DNA of 64,000 nt from an uncultured Muribaculaceae bacterium (GTDB lineage Bacteria; Bacillota_I; Bacilli_A; RF39; UBA660), in NCBI GenBank assembly GCA_964630365.1, contig CAZVUP010000002.1:10188-74187 (forward strand), given 5' to 3'. Below are positions 59,562 to 64,000 of the stretch, piece after piece. Each line of letters starts with the position of its first letter. The first letter of the stretch is position 1. The notes under the pieces are model-generated. The model worked only from the letters and a program-made list of their open reading frames with translations. It did not search any database and was not told the DNA's origin. The translations under genes and the position numbers were made by a program.

Positions 59562-60463
59562 TTTACAAATTCTTGTTCAATTTTCAAATCTATTCCATAT
59601 TTCTCTAAAACTGTATCATGAGCTAAATCAATAAGATATTTAATTTCACTACTAGTAGCATTATTATAATTAACAATAAAATTAGCATGCTTGTCGCTAA
59701 TCATTGCTCCCCCATACTTTTTACCCTTAAGTCCGGAATCTTCTATTAATTTTCCGGCGAAATTACCTTCAGGATTTCTAAAAACACTACCAGCTGACGG
59801 AAATTCTAATGGTTGCGTTTCCAATCTTCTCTTTCGCCTTTCATTAATAACTTCTTCGATTATTTCCTTTTTTCCTTTATTAAGTTTTAATAATACTTCT
59901 AAACAAATATATCCCTTATTTTTTTGTAGAAAAGAGCTACGATAATGAAAGTTCATTTCTTTGTTTTCTAAATCAATTATCTTAAGATCAGGAGTTAATA
60001 CTTTAACTTTTTGAACTATATAACCCATATCAGATTTATAAGCTCCAGCATTCATATATACTGCTCCACCAACAGTTCCAGGAATACCAGAAGCAAATTC
60101 AAGCCCTGCAAGCCCCTTTTTTGCAGCCATAAGACTAAGCTTTATTAAGGAAACACCAGCACCAACACGAATTTTATTTCTAGCTAAAAATTTGATATCA
60201 TTAAATTCTGAAAGTCTAATTAAAACTCCATTATAATCTTGATCACTAAAAAGCAAATTAGAACCATTACCAAGTATTTTAAACATTATTTTATTTTCCC
60301 GTAATAATCCTATTAACTTAACTAATTTTCTACTATTAGTAGGATACACTACACATCTAGCATTTCCTCCAGACTTATATGTAGTATATTTTTTTAATGG
60401 AACATTTTCTTCAATTCTTCCAATATCCTCAATTTTAATAAATTCTAAAATATCTTTCATCAA
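59552..60463 (-). CDS. murB: UDP-N-acetylenolpyruvoylglucosamine reductase
   Basis: FAD-binding PCMH N-domain and the C-terminal block GGAMISDKHANFIVN. 303 aa. Confidence 0.9.
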   Translation of the reverse strand: MMKDILEFIKIEDIGRIEENVPLKKYTTYKSGGNARCVVYPTNSRKLVKLIGLLRENKIMFKILGNGSNLLFSDQDYNGVLIRLSEFNDIKFLARNKIRVGAGVSLIKLSLMAAKKGLAGLEFASGIPGTVGGAVYMNAGAYKSDMGYIVQKVKVLTPDLKIIDLENKEMNFHYRSSFLQKNKGYICLEVLLKLNKGKKEIIEEVINERRKRRLETQPLEFPSAGSVFRNPEGNFAGKLIEDSGLKGKKYGGAMISDKHANFIVNYNNATSSEIKYLIDLAHDTVLEKYGIDLKIEQEFVNWE

Positions 60464-60464
60464 A

Positions 60465-61562
60465 TCACCTAATTATCTTTTTAGCTTCTTCATAAATTCT
60501 TGTAGCTGAATCAGTAATTCCAAGTTTTCGACAATTATTAACCATTGAATCGTATCTATCTTTATCATCAAACAACTTATCAATTTCACTTATTATTGTA
60601 TCTTTTGAAAAATCATCTTCACTAATAATGATACAAGCTCCTCTTTCTTCCAACTCTTTAGCATTTTTATATTGATGATTATTTGTAACATATGGAGAAG
60701 GCACAAGAATTGCTGGCAAACCAATAGCTGTAATTTCAGCAATTGTTGACGCACCTGCTCTTGATACTATTAAATCGCTATCCTTCAATAAATTAATTAA
60801 ATCATCCATAAAAGGAACAATTTTTACATTATCAGTTTTTTCTATATCTTTATAATCTTCAAAATACTTATTACCAGTTATAACCAGAACTTGATAGTTT
60901 TTATTTTTAAACCCTGGAATTAACTCCTTAATTTTTAAAGTCATTGTAGTACTACCAAGAGACCCCATAACCACAACCACAAGCTTCTTATCTTCATCAA
61001 ATCCTAACGTAGATTTTTTTCTTTTAGAAACACTAATTATTTCTTCACTACGAGGATTCCCGGTATAAACAACTTTCTTTCGTGGAAAAAGATCTAAACT
61101 ATTTGGTAAAGAAACACATATTTTATCCGCAAAATTACCAATAAATTTATTAGATAATCCTGGAATTGAATTCTGTTCATGAATAAGTGTAGGAACTTTT
61201 TCTAAATGCGCTGCATACAAAACCGGAGCCGTAATATAACCACCTGCTCCAATCACAATATCAGGTTTAAATTTTTTTATCTCTTCTCTTGCCTTTTTTA
61301 TAGCCAAGCGGAATTTTTTCAAAACAACAATATTAGCAAATACATTTTTTCGATTTAAACCAATCATCTCTAAACCAACGAATTTAATACCTAGTTTTGG
61401 AACAATATCCTTCTCCATCCTATCACTTGTTCCAATATATAGAATTTCACTATTCTTTTCCTGTTCTTTAATTTTATTAATTATTGCCAAGGCAGGATAA
61501 ATATGTCCTCCTGTTCCACCAGCCACCACAATTGCTCGCATTACAATCACTCCATCTAACAA
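60465..61562 (-). CDS. murG: undecaprenyldiphospho-muramoylpentapeptide beta-N-acetylglucosaminyltransferase
   Basis: AGGTGGHIYPALAI N-terminus and GT28 C-domain. 365 aa. Confidence 0.9.
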   Translation of the reverse strand: MLDGVIVMRAIVVAGGTGGHIYPALAIINKIKEQEKNSEILYIGTSDRMEKDIVPKLGIKFVGLEMIGLNRKNVFANIVVLKKFRLAIKKAREEIKKFKPDIVIGAGGYITAPVLYAAHLEKVPTLIHEQNSIPGLSNKFIGNFADKICVSLPNSLDLFPRKKVVYTGNPRSEEIISVSKRKKSTLGFDEDKKLVVVVMGSLGSTTMTLKIKELIPGFKNKNYQVLVITGNKYFEDYKDIEKTDNVKIVPFMDDLINLLKDSDLIVSRAGASTIAEITAIGLPAILVPSPYVTNNHQYKNAKELEERGACIIISEDDFSKDTIISEIDKLFDDKDRYDSMVNNCRKLGITDSATRIYEEAKKIIR

Positions 61563-61713
61563 AATTATAGCATATTTTTCTAGTAATTTATATATGTTAA
61601 CACCTATATATTTTAAACTTTACATTAAATAATATTATAACCTAACTATAATTAGAACAATTGTAAAAACACCAATAATATGATAAAATACAAAAAAAGA
61701 AAAGAGGGATAAC

Positions 61714-62862
61714 ATGAAAGCAATCGGAATTATCGCTGAATATAATCCTTTTCATAATGGTCATTTATATCATATCAATAAAATCAAAGAAAAATATCCT
61801 AATCATAAATTAATATTAATAATGGCCGGAAATTTCACTGAACGTGGTGGAGTAATGTTATTAGATAAATGGAAAAGGACAGAAATTGCTCTAAAACATG
61901 GAATAGACTTAGTAATTGAATTACCCTATCCTTTTGCCACTCAATCAGCTGATTATTTTGCTTATGGGTCAATAACTATTTTAGAAAAATTACATGTTGA
62001 AAAAGTTATCTTTGGAAGCGAATCCGATGATTTAGAAACTTTAAAATTAATTGCCACCACCCAAATAAACAACCCTGAATTTGACAAACTTGTTAAAATA
62101 TATTCAAAGTTTGGAAACAATTATCCAACCGCTATTTCAAAAGCAATCTACGACTTAACAGGAAAAACAATAAAAACACCTAATGATTTATTAGGAGTTA
62201 GTTATTTAAAAGTTATTATTTCCAACAACTATAAAATTAAAGCTGAAACAATTAAAAGAATAAATAATTATCATGATAAAAATATAACTGGCGAAATATC
62301 AAGTGCCACAGCTATTAGAGAAGCACTAAAAGATGGTAAAGATATTAGTAATTCTGTACCAAATGATACATTAAAATATTATACAAATTTACATTATATT
62401 GATGATTATTTTGAAATACTAAAATATAAGATTATAACTACAGAAGATTTAACCATCTATCAAACAGTTGATAGTGGCTTATCAAAAGCACTAAAAAGAG
62501 AGATACTAAAATCTAATAATACTGAAGAATTAATTAAAAATGTTAAAAGTAAGTTTTATACTTACAACAAAATTAGTCGCATGTTAATTCATATACTATG
62601 TAATTTTACCAAAGAGAAAGCTAAAAACTTTAATAATATAACCTATATTAGAGTATTAGGTCTAAATAACTCCGGAAGATTATATTTAAATGAAATAAAA
62701 AAAGAATTAGAAACACCTCTGATCAGTAAAATAACAAAATCAAAAGATGCAATGTTAGAATTTGAATTAGAAACAACAAATGTTTATGCCATTAAAGATT
62801 CAAATCTCTATAACAAAGAACAAGGAAAAATAATTTATATGAAAGGAGAAGAAAATGATTAA
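61714..62862 (+). CDS. tmcAL: tRNA(Met) cytidine acetate ligase (YlbM/UPF0348)
   Basis: MKAIGIIAEYNPFHNGHLYHI (HxGH nucleotidyltransferase motif), almost identical to the Bacillus YlbM N-terminus. Confidence 0.8.
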   Translation: MKAIGIIAEYNPFHNGHLYHINKIKEKYPNHKLILIMAGNFTERGGVMLLDKWKRTEIALKHGIDLVIELPYPFATQSADYFAYGSITILEKLHVEKVIFGSESDDLETLKLIATTQINNPEFDKLVKIYSKFGNNYPTAISKAIYDLTGKTIKTPNDLLGVSYLKVIISNNYKIKAETIKRINNYHDKNITGEISSATAIREALKDGKDISNSVPNDTLKYYTNLHYIDDYFEILKYKIITTEDLTIYQTVDSGLSKALKREILKSNNTEELIKNVKSKFYTYNKISRMLIHILCNFTKEKAKNFNNITYIRVLGLNNSGRLYLNEIKKELETPLISKITKSKDAMLEFELETTNVYAIKDSNLYNKEQGKIIYMKGEEND

Positions 62863-63535
62863 AAATAAAAAAACTGGTCAAATCATTGTTATTAGTGCTC
62901 CATCAGGAAGTGGTAAAAGCACTATTATTAAGAGACTATTAGAAAACGATTCAAAAACTAGATGGTTATCAGTATCAGCAACCAGTAGAAGTCCAAGACA
63001 AGGTGAAAAAGATGGAATAAATTACTATTTTCTTTCAAAAGAAGACTTTGAAGAAAAAATAAAAGAGGGCTATTTCTTAGAATATACAAATTATGCTGAT
63101 AATTACTATGGAACGCCAAAACAATATATAAAAGAAAAAATTGATCAAGGAATTGACGTTATTCTAGAAATTGAAATTGAAGGAGCAAAAAATATAAAAA
63201 AGTTAATACCAGAAGCAATATTTATTTTTATAATACCTCCATCATTAAAAGACCTTGTAAAACGTTTGAAAAAACGTGGTACAGAAACAAACGATAAAAT
63301 ATTAAAAAGATTTCATGAAACATACAAAGAGATTAATGAAGTCACAAAATATAACTACGTTGTTATAAATGATGAAGTAGAAACAGCAGTTGACAAAGTA
63401 GAAGCAATCATCAAAGCTGAAAAATGTAGTGTTAATAGAATTGAAGAAGTATTTCTAGACACTAAAGAAGAAGAAATCCATGAGTTACTAATGGAAGATG
63501 ATTTTAAAAACAATAGTCTAGGAGAAAAGTTATGA
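62855..63535 (+). CDS. gmk: guanylate kinase
   Basis: P-loop APSGSGKST. SATSRSPRQGEKDGINYYF and YADNYYGTP GMP-binding blocks. Confidence 0.85.
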   Translation: MIKNKKTGQIIVISAPSGSGKSTIIKRLLENDSKTRWLSVSATSRSPRQGEKDGINYYFLSKEDFEEKIKEGYFLEYTNYADNYYGTPKQYIKEKIDQGIDVILEIEIEGAKNIKKLIPEAIFIFIIPPSLKDLVKRLKKRGTETNDKILKRFHETYKEINEVTKYNYVVINDEVETAVDKVEAIIKAEKCSVNRIEEVFLDTKEEEIHELLMEDDFKNNSLGEKL

Positions 63536-63855
63536 GAAAAAAACTAGATGATTATATTAAAGAATTACAGCAAGCCATTAAAGAAAATAAAAATATTGCT
63601 CTAGATAATATCTTAATTTGGATTAAATTTTATCAACATGAAAGATTGGTTCATTTGATTGTAACATTTTTAACAGCTATAGCAACAATTCTTTTCTTAT
63701 TTGGTTTTCTCTTCTTCAACAATATAGCCATTTTAATTCTATTTATAATTACAGCAATATTATTTGTTTTTTATATAATTCATTATTACAACTTAGAAAA
63801 TGGTGTCCAAAAATTATATAATTTATATTTTGAAATAAAAGAAAAAGAGCATTAA
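63532..63855 (+). CDS. small two-TM membrane protein (hypothetical)
   Basis: 107-aa ORF translationally coupled to gmk (ATGA overlap) and followed by a terminator. Confidence 0.4.
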   Translation: MRKKLDDYIKELQQAIKENKNIALDNILIWIKFYQHERLVHLIVTFLTAIATILFLFGFLFFNNIAILILFIITAILFVFYIIHYYNLENGVQKLYNLYFEIKEKEH

Positions 63856-63871
63856 TTACATAATGCTCTTT
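63844..63871. terminator. bidirectional rho-independent terminator
   Basis: AAAGAGCATT aattacat AATGCTCTTT perfect 10-bp stem between convergent genes. Confidence 0.6.
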
Positions 63872-64000
63872 ATATTTCAACAATTCTCAAGTAATTAGTA
63901 GATCTAGCTTGACCAATAGGAAATCCCCCTGTAACTATAATTAAATCCCCATCATTTAACTTAAATTCTTTTTTAGCTACTTCCCTAGCCCAATTAACCA
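63870..64000 (-). CDS. pyk: pyruvate kinase, C-terminal end (gene continues beyond the window)
   Basis: Minus-strand translation ...AREVAKKEFKLNDGDLIIVTGGFPIGQARSTNYLRIVEI-stop matches the conserved PK C-terminus (GD.VV.TAG.P.G..G.TN). Not in the supplied ORF track. Confidence 0.55.
   Translation of the reverse strand, partial: VNWAREVAKKEFKLNDGDLIIVTGGFPIGQARSTNYLRIVEI

Noticed and set aside
1-64000. Search for CRISPR arrays, rRNA and tRNA genes
   Set aside because: No regularly spaced direct repeats of 25-40 bp, no GC-rich structured RNA islands and no tRNA-like stretches were seen. The only tandem repeats are the 12-nt coding repeat and the short operator-like motifs.

Overview
AT-rich (about 27-30% GC) chromosomal window from a low-GC Firmicute. 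The organism is probably an anaerobic endospore-former: a SigK/SigE-type pro-sigma factor and a superoxide reductase are both present. The division/cell-wall (dcw) genes are scattered through the window, mostly on the minus strand: murG-murB-divIB-(5 paralogous membrane proteins)-ftsA-ftsZ, then murE, then mraZ-rsmH-ftsL-pbpB, and after ~20 kb of other genes a second class B PBP followed by mraY and an ftsW/spoVE-like SEDS gene. That second PBP has one PASTA domain and is about 630 aa when the pieces are joined, so it is SpoVD-like. It is split into a 5' piece (23136..24392) and a 3' piece (15133..15783) by a ~7.4 kb insertion (about 15798..23157). A large serine recombinase gene sits at one end of the insertion and overlaps the 3' piece. 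Joining the two flanks at a shared CC dinucleotide restores an in-frame PBP reading ...GQGVSVTPLQQVMAVSAVVNGGYLYKP.... This looks like a skin-like developmentally excised intervening element, or an integrated phage-like island, inside a sporulation PBP gene. Its cargo is an AbiEi/AbiEii pair, a single half-size ABC exporter, a ribbon-helix-helix protein with a repeated 12-bp motif, and a repeat-rich non-coding stretch. Other notable points follow. Five tandem paralogous 10+-TM proteins lie between ftsA and divIB; they carry a GT-C-like N-terminal DE motif and an unknown C-terminal GN[FHW]GYNGS domain. A 523-aa coiled-coil protein sits where murE/murF would be expected. A six-gene block of unknown function lies downstream of pbpB; it includes a protein with a (X-P-E-P)n repeat encoded by perfect 12-nt DNA tandem repeats and two tandem DUF1292-like genes. 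Two adjacent unknown proteins share the C-terminal motif P-x-L-x-IDKSFTE. No rRNA, tRNA or CRISPR was seen. All family assignments come from reading motifs in the translations, not from searches.
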